Source: the human T2T-CHM13v2.0 reference genome, Homo sapiens. From it: a DNA stretch of 64,000 nucleotides. Where the stretch lies: assembly GCF_009914755.1 (NCBI RefSeq), contig NC_060926.1; one strand, written 5' to 3'. The notes below the pieces were generated by a model that did no database searches, was not told where the DNA came from, and worked only from the letters and a program-made list of their open reading frames with translations. The first letter of the stretch is position 1, and every line of letters begins with the position of its first letter. The translations under genes were made by a program, and so were the position numbers. Shown piece after piece: positions 33,289 to 46,605 of this stretch.

Positions 33289-34728
33289 TGAGAGGTGACA
33301 ACATCCTAGCAGCCCTCGCTTGCTCTCAGTGCCTCCTTGGCCTCAGTGTCCACTCTGGCCGTGCTTGAGGAGCCCTTCAGCCTGCTGCTGCACTGTGGGA
33401 GCCCCTCTCTGGGCTGGCCAAGGCCGAAGCTGGCTCACTCTGCTTGCAGGGAGGTGTGGAGGGAGAGGCATGGGCGGGAACCGGGGCCTCCTGGTGCTTG
33501 CAGGCCACTGCGAGTTCTGGGTGGGCATGGGCTCTGCAGGCCCTGCACTTGGAGTGGCCGGCCGGCACCACTCGGCCCCGGGCAGTGAGGGGCTTAGCAC
33601 CCAGGTCAGCAGCTCAGCACCCAGATGCTCCAGCTCCCCCAGCATTGCTGGCCCGCCCACGCCCCGCTCGAATTCTCGCTGGGCCTCAGCCGCCTCCCCG
33701 CGGGGCAGGGCTCGGGACCTGCAGCTTGCCATGCCCGAGTCCCCCCACCCCCATGGGCTCCCACGCAGTCCGAGTCTCCCCGACGGGTGCCACCCCCTGC
33801 TCCGTGGCACCCAGTCCCATCGACCACCCAAGGGCTGAGGAGTGCAGGCGCGCTGCGTGGGACTGGTGGGCAGCTCTGCCCACAGCCCCAGCACAGGATC
33901 CACTAGGCTAAGCCAGCTGGGCTCCTGAGTTGGGTGGGGACTTGGAGAACTTTTATGTCTAGCTGGAGGATTGTAAATGCACCAATCAGCACTCTGTGTC
34001 TAGCTCGGGGTTCGTGGATGCACCAGTCAGCACTCTGTATCTAGCTAATCTGGTGGGGACTTGGAGAACTTTTATGTCTAGCTGGAGGATTGTAAATGCA
34101 CGAATCAGAACTTTGTGTCTAGCTCGAGGTTTGTAAATGCACCAATCAGCTCTCTGTGTCTAGCTCAAGGTTTGTAAACGCACCAATCAGTGCTCTGTGT
34201 CTAGCTAATCTAGTGGGGACTTGGAGAACTTTTATGTCTAGCTAGAGGATTGTAAATGCACCAATCAGCACTCTGTGTGTAGCTCAGGGACTGTAAATGC
34301 ACCCATCAGCACCCTGTCAAAATGGACCAATCAGCTCTCTGTAAAATGGACCAATCAGTAGGATGTGGGTGGGGTCAGATAAGAGAATAAAAGCAGGCTG
34401 CCTGAGCCAACAGTGGCAACCCGCAGGTCCCCTTTCTCACTGTAGAAGCCTTGTTCTTTTACTCTTTGCAATAAATCTTGTTGTTGCTCACTCTTTGGGT
34501 CAGTGCCGCCTTTAAGAGCTGTAACACTCACCGGGAAGGTCTGCAGCTTCACTCCTGAAGCCAGCAAGACCACGAACCCACCAGAAGGAAGAAACTCTGG
34601 ACACATCTGAACATATAAAAGAACAAACTCCGGACACACCATCTTTGAGAACTGTAACACTCACTGTGAGGGTCCGCGGCTTCATACTTGAAGTCAGTGA
34701 GACCAAGAACCCACCAATTCCAGATGCA
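33289..34728 (+). mobile_element. LTR12 (ERV9) solo LTR, long form (LTR12C/D/E-like)
   Basis: TGAGAGGTGACA...CA termini; GC-rich U3; tandem CCAAT repeats; AATAAAA promoter box ~34387; U5 repeats; 4-bp TSD TCAT at 33285-33288 and 34729-34732. Confidence 0.96.
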
Positions 34729-37230
34729 TCATGAATCTGAATCTTCTTTGATGTCAATTTTTGTAAAGTCTTTGTCTTCTCTGATTTTTCCAATACTTTG
34801 AGAAGTTCTAATCTATAAATGAGTTCTGTATTATGAGGCACTGTTCTTGGAATAACTCTTCTTCCAATATTCCAGTAGTCTTTATTCCTATTTGTTTAGT
34901 GGAGTCTTTTTTTTTTTCCCTTACACCACCTCCTCCTTTTTTTTTCTTTGTTTTTGTTTTGGTATGAACTCTGCATAAGTGCCATGTTTGAAACTTCATC
35001 TTATTTATTCTGTCTGTCTGAATGCAGGCACTTCTCTTCTGTCTGGCCTGTTATTTACTCAAGAAGTGGATAGTGGAATTGTCTTTCCCTTGAATGTATT
35101 CTTCTCCAGATAAATTTGCAAACTTTAAAATTGTGCTAATGGACTCTAAGGTGGAAAGTTAAACTCTGTTTAGTCCTTCATGTGTTTGGGGGACAGACGG
35201 ACAAAATAAGGAATCTTATTTTAGGTGTAGTGTCTTCACATTCTTTGTAATTACATATGATGGATCCTCTGTTCTGCGGCCCATCACCCCTCAGCTTCTG
35301 TCCATTTCCCACTTTAGGTCTGTGGTTCACTCTGGCAGGAGTCTGGGTGAGTGGGAACCCTGGGACTCAGTTTCAAGACCTTTTGTTTGCTGATTAGAGT
35401 TCATTTAATTTAGCCAAGCAAATGTATAGGCTTCCATTTATTGTCTGTCCTCATCGCAAGGATTTTTAATGAATAGATAGTAAGATAGAAAAAAAGAAGC
35501 ATGATTTCATTTCCCTGTCTTGCAGCCACTCCTCTCAGCATGTACAGTTGTTCAATAAATATTTGTTGAGTTGATCGTTGTAGCTCCTCCTACTGACTGT
35601 TCACAACTCCTGCTCCCATTTTCACATCCATAGAATTTTGGTGTGGGCACTTTAGGGCTCTTGCTTTTTGTAAGGGAAATTTACATTCTTCCTATGGGGT
35701 GTGGAGTCAGATGTTGGTTTCCACGCATCTTTAACTTGTCCTGAATTTTGGCATGAACAGATATTCATTATGGTGTCTTTTATGCCATTTTCACCATTCT
35801 CTAGTTTCACCATGGGTGATGGTTCTCTGGCTCTGTTTTTGGTGGTGGTTATTCATTTCAGTGAGTTTCTGGCAAAGGAACTAAGTAAATGTGCATTCAT
35901 TTTGTCACCTTTTAGCAAAAATTCTCAAGTTGTTATTCTAAGACAAAATATAAATAATGAGACAACCGTTCCTATGGGTCATATTTATGAAACTGTTTGA
36001 GATAGCTGTCACCTCCATTTCCAAGACTCCCTGTTGCTAGTACTAGGGTGTGCTGTTTGGATTTCTGACACTCCAGACTGCATGAGGTCCTCAACTCATG
36101 ACTAATCCACAGGGTTTTGACTCACGTTCTTTTGACTTATGGGACCCATGTTTCTGTGGATACATGACTGTACTCTCAGCCTTTTTAGCCAAGTTTCTGA
36201 ACCTCTTGAATTTAGCTAATTTCCAAGTTGTTACTGATCTTGCTTTTAATTTCTCACCCTCCAGTTTCCAGCTTTGTATTCCCAAGTCCGCCATCACTCA
36301 TGGTCTAGGTTTAGAGCTTGTTTGTAATAAGAAATTCAGCACTCTGCATTTACTACTTTAAGTTCCTTTGAAGTTAACCCAATCTTGTTTTCCTACATTT
36401 GAAGGAAAATGACTTCTGTGAATGGAGGTTGTTAAAAACATATGAAACTGAGCTACAGAGATCCTGTGGCATTTCAATTTAATTGGTTTTATTGCACCAA
36501 AATGTCCAGAATGGTGAAAGAACAACATAGACCCAACTCTCTGTAACCCTCACTATCCCATTTGTACAACATCTTGCTTGGAACAAAGCAAGGAGCGGAG
36601 CACACTGGAGTTACGTCTAATGCAGTCTTGTTTGTATTTAGAGCAAAGCTGTGGGTATATAGGGTGAAATAGAGGGTTGTGGCTCAGTGCCTGGATTTTC
36701 TTCAAGGATTTGCCAATGCCTTAATCAGTGATTATAAGTCACCCATTAACTTGGCTATTCAGTGCTTCTGATTCTCTGTTATGGAACTGGAAACTTTATC
36801 TATCATGATTTTTGTAGTCTAATAGATGTTGTGATGATTGATGAGACAATGTAAGCTCACCAGATGTCCTCAGCTATGAAGAAAGCCTGGGGTTCTACAT
36901 ACTTGGCTAGGACTTGTAATTGTTCACTTTAGTCTTGGATCAGGATTTCAGTAGCCTGCTGGTAATCAGTCCAAAAGGCAGTTTCAATTTTTTGCAGATT
37001 GAGACAATGGTAGGGAAGTAAACATTTTAAGGTTTAAGTTATGGTTTCCTTTCAAGGTAGCATATTTTGGCCAGACTAGGTTACTTTAAATAACAAAAGA
37101 TTCCTTACCCTTTTTTTTCATTGTTTTACAATGCTCATTGTAGAATTTTTTTCAATTAAAATTTTTACATCACTAAGCAATGAGATTTTTAATTTGGAAT
37201 TTCAAATGAAGTCTGAAATTATAGTCATAA

Positions 37231-37533
<303 letters not shown>

Positions 37534-38019
37534 TCATTAGAAATTGAAGCAACTTTATGTTTTTCTCTTTGTGTATGTTTTGTTGTTAAATTGTGCTTTT
37601 TATTTTTATTTTAGGAATTACCGTCCTGTGCTAGGTATTCCCTGGAATGCTCAGGATCACCCTTGGCTGCTCCTTATTGTCACTCAGACCTTAGCGAGCC
37701 CCTCCTTGATGATCCATGAAAAATAGCTACTGGTCACTCCCTTTCACTTTCTCTTTTCAATTCTGTGCATAGTGTTCATGGTCATCGAGTATTTCCCCTC
37801 CCTTCCCTTCCCTTTTTCTTTATTCCCTTTTCCACTCCACCACACCTTCTCTCTAGTTTTAGATACTGGCCTTGTTTAGATATCTGTTCACAGCTACTCA
37901 TAAGATTATGTGAACTCCAAAGTATTAATAGTAGGGACCTTGTCTGTCTGAGTCACCTCTGTTTCCAACATCTAGATTAAGACTCAAAGAAGGTACATGA
38001 TCAAACATTAAATGAATTA

Positions 38020-38421
38020 ATAAGGTATTAAGTTTGGTTCAAAGCTGCCTCCCTTTGTATTTTAAATTTGGCTTAATGGTTTCTGCATACATAGTGGGCT
38101 GTAACCTGACTTGATGTGTCAACAGACTGTAACCTCCTCTTTTGTAACAAGTAGCCGAGTTTCAGCCAATTACAGGTAGCCAACTGTTCACACCAGGTTC
38201 AAATAAGGCAAGCACCCAGCTATAACTAATCTGGCTGTTTCTGTACCTTGCTTCCGTTTTCCATAGGTCACCTTCTTTTTCTGTCCCTTAATGTTATTGG
38301 ACCATGTGGTAGCCCTGTAGTTGCTCTGAACTTCTGGTTCTGGTGGCTGCCTGATTCGCGAATTGTTTTTTGCTTTATTAAACTCTATAAATTTAATTTG
38401 TCTAAAGTTTTTCTTTTAACG
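38020..38421 (+). mobile_element. MER57 (A/B)-like ERV1 LTR
   Basis: AAAGCTGCCTCC...CAAATAAGGCAA...CTGATTCGCGAAT...AATTTAATTTGTCTAAAGTTTTTCTTTTAAC. Confidence 0.85.
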
Positions 38422-39267
38422 GAACAAATGAATTAGAAGTTTCCTAATAGTCTATTGAACACGATGTTGAAGTAATTACAATTAGTGAACATTCCATAAA
38501 ACATCATTTAATGTTTGAATGAATGTCCAAATGACGGAACTGCTACATCCTCAGGGAAGATGTGCTTCTTTGTACACTCCCTTGTGTAAGTGTTTAACAC
38601 ATCCCTTCTGATTGAGTATGTTTGCTTTTTCCAAACTCATGGCTCTTCCTTTGATCCCATTTTTATGTCTATCCTGAGCTCAACCGCTGGCCTTCTTTTT
38701 TTGTTTTACCTGGGCAAATATGATTACTTCAAAATTGATGTGATTATATAGCAGGAAGGACTAACCCCACACAATGTTTAGTTACTAAAGTATTTGTTGA
38801 GTTTTGGATTGCATTATATTCTTTTAGCACTTTACATATTAAGGAAATAAGTTCATGCTCACTGTGTTCTAGATACTGGAATATATAGATGAGAATGCAA
38901 AGTTCTTATTTTGAGCTAATATATTGTTGGAGAAGATAAAAACACATAATCTGATGAATTCAAAAAGGTATCACAGGACAGGTAACATTGTTTCTTGAAA
39001 GTTGCATAGAAATTTTCCAGGAAGGTAAGAACAAGAAGAATATTCTCAACAAGTGCCGAGTAGCCTCTTAGGCATGAAGTTCTACTCAACTCCAAGTTGC
39101 TTCTACACTGATGCTTACCCTTTACCAAGTAGGTCTAAGCAGTGAGGAGGCTGCTTAGCATTGTCTGGCAAATGCTACACATTTAATAAATGTTCAGTGA
39201 ATAGATAAATAACTTTGCCCTTTGGGTAACAAAAATCCATCAAAAGTTTCCTTGTGGGCATACATGA

Positions 39268-39512
<245 letters not shown>

Positions 39513-39681
39513 TGAAAGTGTTGTTTGTTTTAAAGGAGGCTCACACTGACAGAAGGGTGGAAAAATCTACAGGTGGGGAGAGCCTGGGGCCTGTGGGGAC
39601 AGATGGGGACAAACAGGAAGGAGCCCATTGTTCCTGCTGTCCTCAGAGCCCCTGAGCGACAGCATGTATAGCACATATGCA

Positions 39682-39683
<2 letters not shown>

Positions 39684-39735
<52 letters not shown>
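39684..39735. repeat. (GT)26 perfect microsatellite
   Basis: 52-bp uninterrupted GT run. Confidence 0.98.
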
Positions 39736-39736
<1 letters not shown>

Positions 39737-40558
39737 GGGGGATATGTTCAGGAAAAAACAAAGTAGAGATGTTTAAAGGAAGAGGCAAGGGCTATTCTAT
39801 TCATGGACAATTGGGCACTGTGGCTATTCTTTCTAAGTTGCTCAGAAGTGTTCTGAAGCAAAGGTTCTATGAATTTGAATCATTGGGTTGTTACTGTTAC
39901 TCTCTGAAGTTCCAACTTCCGAAATGAAATCTTTTGCTGTTTTTCCCTAGGACCTGATATTTGTCAACCTTGGCTCCTGCTTTAGGGTAATTTGGCTTAT
40001 TTTTAATTTTTTTTCTTAAAAAAAAAAGCATTGCCAATCCTTCTTCCATAAGGATTTGTCTGTGATGGAAAAGTCTCTCCACCAGCATTTCTCCTACATT
40101 GACAGTGATTGAACTCAGGGTAGAATCCATTTGTCAAAGCAGGTTGGAGAAGGGAGTCCTACTCTGTGGGCTGCCACTAACGTGCCTCTCAGGCTAAGAT
40201 TCTGTGGTGGCCACTAGGATACGGCGTTGTGGTCCTTCCTGAATCTCAGTCAGGCAAAAACTAACCCAGAGATGTACCACCTGTATTACTATTAATATTT
40301 TTCATTAAATACAAACTTTAAATTTACTTTAAAAAGTTAGGCCTGTTCCAAACAATCACATTCATGGAATCACAGACTTTGTGTGCTGGTTGTTCCCTCT
40401 CCCTGCCCCAGCACCCCAATGCACATAAGATGAATTTATAACTCATAAAATATGTTTATTCTTGTATCAAATACAATTAGCTTGTGTCTCTTCAATGGTA
40501 CAGGACCTCCACACTGGGAAACCCTGACATAGTGTATTTAAGCTTGCTGGGACACACA

Positions 40559-40880
40559 TGTCTTAGTCCTTTTATGTTGCTATAAAGAAATACCTCAGGC
40601 TGGATAATTTATAAAGAAAACAGGTTGATTTGGCTCATGTTCTGCAGGCTGTGCAAGAAGCATGGTGCCAGCATCCGCTCTGGCATGGGACTCAGTAAAC
40701 TTCTACTCTTGACAGGTGCAGATCACATGTCAAGAAAGGAGGCAAGAGAGAGAGGAGGGAGGGGCCAGTTTCTTTTTAGCAATGGGTTTTCCCAGGAACT
40801 AAAAGAGCAAGAGCTCATTTGTGACTGGGCGAACAACACCAAACCATTCATGAAGGATCCACTCACATGACCCAACACAG
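40559..40880 (-). mobile_element. MSTB-like LTR, missing its 5' end
   Basis: TGTCTTAGTCC...GCTATAAAGAAATACCT...TTCTGCAGGCTGTGCAAGAAGCATGGTGCCAGCATC...CCATTCATGAAGGATCC. Confidence 0.85.
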
Positions 40881-41355
40881 ACCTTAATGCCCAGCAGTGC
40901 TGGCTAAAATCCAGAAGTGCATAAAGAATATAGTGGAGGGGCCTGTACCTCCATCCGTTGACTGCCGGCTCAGTCAGCTGGCCCACTGAGGAGAAGAAAG
41001 AAGCTCTTAGCAAATGAAGAGTGAAGAACACACATTTTTCTTCCCAGAGAGTTGACAGTAAGCCCAGAAAAAGGAAGTTAAGCCCTAGCTTTGGTGTGGC
41101 AAACGAAGAAATGATACCAGAGGCTTAGAGATCTTCTGTGTCCTTTTTGCCCAGACAACGTGAAGCCCAGGAGGTGGAGCCACAGCCCCACATGAAGTGC
41201 AAGAATCAAAGGGGCCAAGGAAGGAATCACGGTAGATGAGAGAATTGTGTTTTCTCTGGAACCTTGGCCCCCAGTCTGATCTTGGCTGCTTGGGGAGTGA
41301 CCAGATCTCCTGATGGCTTGGGCTTGCTTGCTCACATCGGCTGCAAGGCAGGGAT

Positions 41356-41412
41356 ATATAGGTTTATAGCTCATATATAGGTTTATAGCTCACACATAGG
41401 TTTATAGCTCAT
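41356..41412. repeat. Minisatellite, 19-bp unit x3
   Basis: A(T/C)ATAGGTTTATAGCTCA(T/C) three times. Confidence 0.95.
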
Positions 41413-42015
41413 GAAGCATCAGGATTCTCATTGACCAAGACATTGCTCTGTTACATTTATTCAGTAATGGAGAAACTAAAGGAAAAAAGATGACTGCTTT
41501 TCACAGCAACTACAGGGGGAATTCAGGATGACAGAAATGTAGTTACAGTGGCACTTCGATTAATAAAACCCATGGGAAACATGCCCTTTTACAAGGAAAT
41601 CATCATGCTTGAGAAAATACGAAACAAAAACGACTGTAAATCACAAAGTTGCCTGTACGTGCTTTTACTTGACTTAAAAAACCCAACAAATAAAAAGTCC
41701 AAGCAATCAACCAAAAACCTGTTTCCCAGCTTGTGTTGTCTCCTCACATTGTGAGGTGAACAAAAAATTCTTTGAGCAAAATTTCTTTTGAGCCACCAAT
41801 CACAGCTTTCTGTTACTTGCTAACATTCTGCCCAGTCAACCCCAGCACTCACTCCCTCCTGGATCCAGTGGTCATTCCCTCCCCAGCCTTCAATGTTTAA
41901 GACCTTCTTTCATTTTTCTTCCTCACCAAAACTGAGAAAAATCCACAACCCCAAACTATTTATCACTGATTGCTAACTGATGGTATCTTAGCATACTGTG
42001 AGTATGGCCCTTGGA

Positions 42016-42281
42016 CAGTGTTTCAGATATCAGTGGGCGGGTGCTTTGTCACCAAAAGGAAAAGATTATGCATCAAATAAGATTGTAAAGTTCTGGGTTG
42101 AGCAACTTGAATGGGTTTCATTACTGCAGGACTTTTCAGAAACTTTAGTGTGTGTATGTAAATTAGGAATCATAAGAAGGGTATAGAGTGTTCAATGTTT
42201 TCCAAACTTTGACCATGGTAACAATTTTTTTTGAGTATCTTGAGGAACTAATGTTTGTCTTACACACTCTGAGAAATGCTG
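42016..42281. mobile_element. MER103C-like hAT-Charlie element
   Basis: CAGTGTTTC ... TTACTGCAGGACTTTTCAGA ... TTTCCAAACTTTGACCATGG ... GAGAAATGCTG. Confidence 0.65.
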
Positions 42282-42335
42282 TTTCAGGTAAAACTCGTCT
42301 ACGTGTATCTAAGCAACCTGTTAACATTGTACATC

Positions 42336-42788
42336 TGTAGTGGGTTGAATAGTGGCCCCCAAAAGATATGTCCAAATCCTAACCCCTAGTACTTGTGAAT
42401 ATGACCTCAATTCAAAATAGGGTTTTACAGATGTAGTGAGATTAAGAATTTCAAGATGAGATCACTCTGGCTTCAGGATGGGCCCTAAATTCAATGACTG
42501 TTCATATAAGAGATGAGAAAGGAGGAAACACAGAGACATACAGAAAGAAGGCCATGTGAAGAAGGAGGCAGATTAGAGTTATGCTACCAGAAGCCAAGGA
42601 ACACCAGGAGCCACCAGAAGCTGGAAGAGGCCGAAAGAGATTCACTCTGAGAGCTTTTGGAGGGGACATGGCCCTACTGACACTCTGATTTTGGACTTCC
42701 GGTCTTCAGAATTGTGAAAGAATACATTTCTCTTGTTTTAAGCTCCCTGGTTTGTGGCAACATTGTCAGCTCTAGGAAACTGAATGCA
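42336..42788 (+). mobile_element. MLT1C-like solo LTR
   Basis: TGTAGTGGGTTGAATAGTGGCCCCCAAAAGATATGTCC...CCACCAGAAGCTGGAAGAGG...CTAGGAAACTGAATGCA. Confidence 0.88.
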
Positions 42789-43049
42789 ACACTATCTCTA
42801 ATTGTGGAGTGTGCTGACTCAGGCTTTGGCCTTTCATTACTGTAAAAAGACTAGGCATCTGTGAGCAGAGGGCAGATATTTTTGAGGTCAGAGCCTGATT
42901 CTACTTTTGATCACTGAAAATAAAATCTGTTTAATCTGAGGTGATTGGCTGAGGAGTGTAGTACATTAGAAGAAATAGCCATGATTCTCTCCAAAGACAG
43001 TTCTCTTCCTTTTTGGTCCTTTTCTGGTGTTTTCCTGTTTTGGTGAATG

Positions 43050-43860
43050 GTGACTGCATCTGTTCTGTCTCTTTCACTTTCCACACTTGATCAACCACAA
43101 ATCCTGAAAATGTTAACTTCCAAATATGATTCCCATCCATCCTCTCATCTGCCACTTACTTGTTGCTTCTGAGTCCAGGCTTCATCACCTCTTGCTTGGG
43201 CTACTGGGATCCCCTGACCAGTCTCCCTGTATTTACTCTTGCTCCTCTCCAAAACATTTTACATGCAGGCGGAGCATGTTACATTTCTCCCACCTCCCCA
43301 GCTACCACTTAAAATACTACCATGATTTATTACTTCTTTTAGATAAAGGAGAACATCCTTAATACAGGCTACAAAGCTTGCCATGTTATGGTCTCCACCG
43401 ACTCCACAAACTTGTTTCTTCACAGCCTGCTTCCCTCTGCTGTCTTATTTGTAGTCATAGTAAATTTCTTTCAGTTCCTCAAAGACGCTTTGCTCAACTT
43501 GCTATACAGCCTTTGCTCATACTATTTCCTTTGTCTGAAACATCTTTCACTCCTGTCCTGTGACATAGCTAATTTTCACTCTTTTTTCAGATTCCAGCTC
43601 AGTCATCAGTTGCTCAAAGAAGTCTTCCCTGGATTTGATGATGATTAATTCTCCCTATAATATGGCTCTTTCCTGAACAGTTATCACAGTTGCACCTTTA
43701 CATTTATTTGTGTGATTATTGCCTACTAAACTACATGTACATGAGAGGAGGGACCATGTCTGTTTTTGCCAATTGGCACAGAGTAAAGGTTCAGTAAGTA
43801 GTTGCTGAATGAATGAATGAACAACTAAATGACTGAATGACTGAATGAACAAAATCAATG
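43050..43860 (+). mobile_element. L2a 3' region with (GAAT)n tail
   Basis: Ends TCAGTAAGTAGTTGCTGAATGAATGAATGAA. Confidence 0.8.
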
Positions 43861-43969
43861 AAGTAATGAAGAGAATGAACAAAGGTTGTTTCAACTGAAG
43901 ATGTTGAAAGTTTAGTCCTTACAGGATTTGAGAATTATAAAATCTTACTTCCTCCAGAACCTGAAAGCA

Positions 43970-44545
43970 TCAGTCACGGTTTTAAGTTACAAGCAAAAGA
44001 AACCAACTCTTATTAATTGAAGCAGAAAGGGGATTTGCTGAAATATGGTGGTGACTCACAGAATCTCTGATAAGTCTGGAAATCCAGGCTTGGAGGTTCT
44101 GTAGCCAGCACAGTGCTCACATTATGCATCAGAACACAGCCTGTGAAGATAGTGTTATTAGGTTGGTGCAAAAGTAATTGCAGTTTTGGCCATTGAAGGC
44201 AACGGTCAATTGAAAGCAATGGCCAAAACTGCAATTACTTTTGCAGCAACCTAATACTACCATACCAATGTTGAACAACGGGTGCTACTGATAGACTCAT
44301 ACCTGCTGCCGCCTCTGGAAGCCAAGTGCAGCTTCCATGCCTGCTGTTACTCTCACCAGAATAGCTTCTTTGCAATCCCTGCTTCTTCAAGCCACCTTCC
44401 CAAAGTCTGAGGGGGAATCTGGGAAGTGAGTGTCTGGCATTTTCAGTTTCACTCGTGAGCGGTGAGGTCAGTCTTATAAAGTTGGGGTATCTCCAGCCAT
44501 CGTAACAGTGTGCAGATGTTGGAGAACGCAAAGAATAATGGTTGT
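43970..44545 (-). mobile_element. Very old MLT1-like LTR (MLT1M/N-like), interrupted by MADE1
   Basis: TTACAAGCAAAAGAAACCAACTCT...AAGCAGAAAGGGGATTTG...GACTCACAGAATC matches the antisense 3' end of old MLT1 LTRs. Confidence 0.55.
44158..44254. mobile_element. MADE1 (Hsmar1 MITE), 97-bp variant
   Basis: TTAGGTTGGTGCAAAAGTAATTGC...GCAATTACTTTTGCAGCAACCTAA inverted repeats; TA TSD at 44156-44157 and 44255-44256. Confidence 0.97.
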
Positions 44546-45555
44546 TCGCTGTAACCCACTTGGCTGTACAATGTTAACGTATCGTCTTTCCCCCTTATTA
44601 ACATTAAACAATAAAAAATGTACCTGTCTAGTAATGTTAGCACCCCTCATCCAGGTGGTATGTGGTCAAGGCACAACAGTTACTATATCTAGCCCCAGAA
44701 CCAGCATCTCTGGTTCTATTAGGTCATTCTTCAATATTCTGGACTAAATTCTAAAGCTTACTTCTATGACAGCACCATATATAAAAGAGTAGGAGAAAGG
44801 AAGAGAAAATAAGAGAAAAGAGTCTCATAAATAAATATCAGGGCTGCAAGCCTACAAAACTGTATTCCTTATTTCTAGAACTAACCCCAAGGCCATAGTT
44901 GATACTTTTTCTTTGTCTTCAGCCACCTCAGCTGGTCAGCATCCTTTATCAGCATTTTCCGTCTCTATCCCTGAGGGTTCTAAAACCTATCTGTGTGGGT
45001 TGCTGTTGTCTTCTAGTAAATTTTACCACTAAATATGGAACTATAATAAAGTCCCTCAGGGAAACTGTCCCCATACTGAAACAATAACACTGCTTGCCCT
45101 TGACAATCAGGATTACTCATCCTACTCAGCACCCTAATACTCCTTTTTTGCCTTTCCTCCTGACGAGCCCCAGATGAGATGTCGCAGCTTCCAATTCAAT
45201 GTTGCTATTGTTGGGTTCCTGAGGAACACTCCCTCTGAATCATCTGAGCTCATGTGGACGAGATGGGAAGCAGACATTTTGAGATGACTTGTTAAGAGTA
45301 ATAGAGGTGTTCCTGCCTTCTACCTCTTGGTTTGAATATATCCATATATTTTGACTAGCGGAGAAGACAACCACCCAAACATATCGGTTTCTGGTTCAGA
45401 GTATATTTGTATCTTGTTGGAGAGCACCTCAATCTCACAAACTGGTATCTAAACTGAGTCTTCAATAGGCCATCCCACTGTTTTGTGAGGTCAGCTGCTT
45501 CTGGGTGGGGTGGCGTACGTAGTAAAACTGGAGGATTTCCCGAATCCAGATGTTC

Positions 45556-45624
45556 CAGGTTGCAGTGAGCTATGATCACACCACTGCACTCCAGCCTGAA
45601 CAACAGAATGAGACCTTGACTCAA
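45556..45624 (+). mobile_element. AluJ/FRAM 3' fragment
   Basis: GGTTGCAGTGAGCTATGATCACACCACTGCACTCCAGCCTG. Confidence 0.85.
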
Positions 45625-45714
45625 TTCCTCAGTGTCCCTGAGAAATCTCATGGGCATTGGCCAACTGTCATGTTTATTTCACTGCAAAGTGAGTTCCTCA
45701 ATTAGAAGCAATAG

Positions 45715-46037
<323 letters not shown>

Positions 46038-46605
46038 TATGTATGTATTACATAACGATGGTGACTATAGCATTCGGTAAGTCCAGGGATAAAGAAGCTA
46101 CCAGAGACATTGTGATCAAGGGTAGTAAATCTGAATCCAAAATAAGTGAGGGCAAAGTAATCACAAATACCTTCTCCCTCCATGATAGAATGAATATAAG
46201 GAAATCAAAGCGCCAGGTATCTGGCTGTTCCCCTGTGATATGGTACCATAGACAGGACTTAGTGTTGGTCTCTGCTACTAGCAAGTAGGACCCATAGATA
46301 TACAACAGTGTCAGCCTTGGTGAGAGGAAGTCTATGCTGCTGCATAACCTCCATTCCTATCTTCACAGTCATCCTGTTCATGAACCTAATTAGCAAGCAT
46401 GGGTTGGCAGGGGAAAGAGACTAACAAATAACTGTTTATAGAAACCTTCCTTCCCAGTGAGAGCTTTTGGGTCATCATTCATATGGAACAAAAAATATCA
46501 CTTCATGGTGGGTCCATTGTGATAAATCCATGTACATACAGCTCTTTCTCAAATATCTTTTTCCAAAATCCTCCAAGGAACTTGATCCTTTCAAGTTTTC
46601 ATTCT

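Noticed and set aside
33320-33911. Long ORFs (up to 186 aa) and CpG-island-like composition
   Set aside because: Entirely within the GC-rich LTR12 U3 region.
33940-34360. Repeat-spacer-like array reminiscent of CRISPR
   Set aside because: Known LTR12 U3 tandem CCAAT repeats; eukaryotic DNA, no unique spacers, no cas genes.
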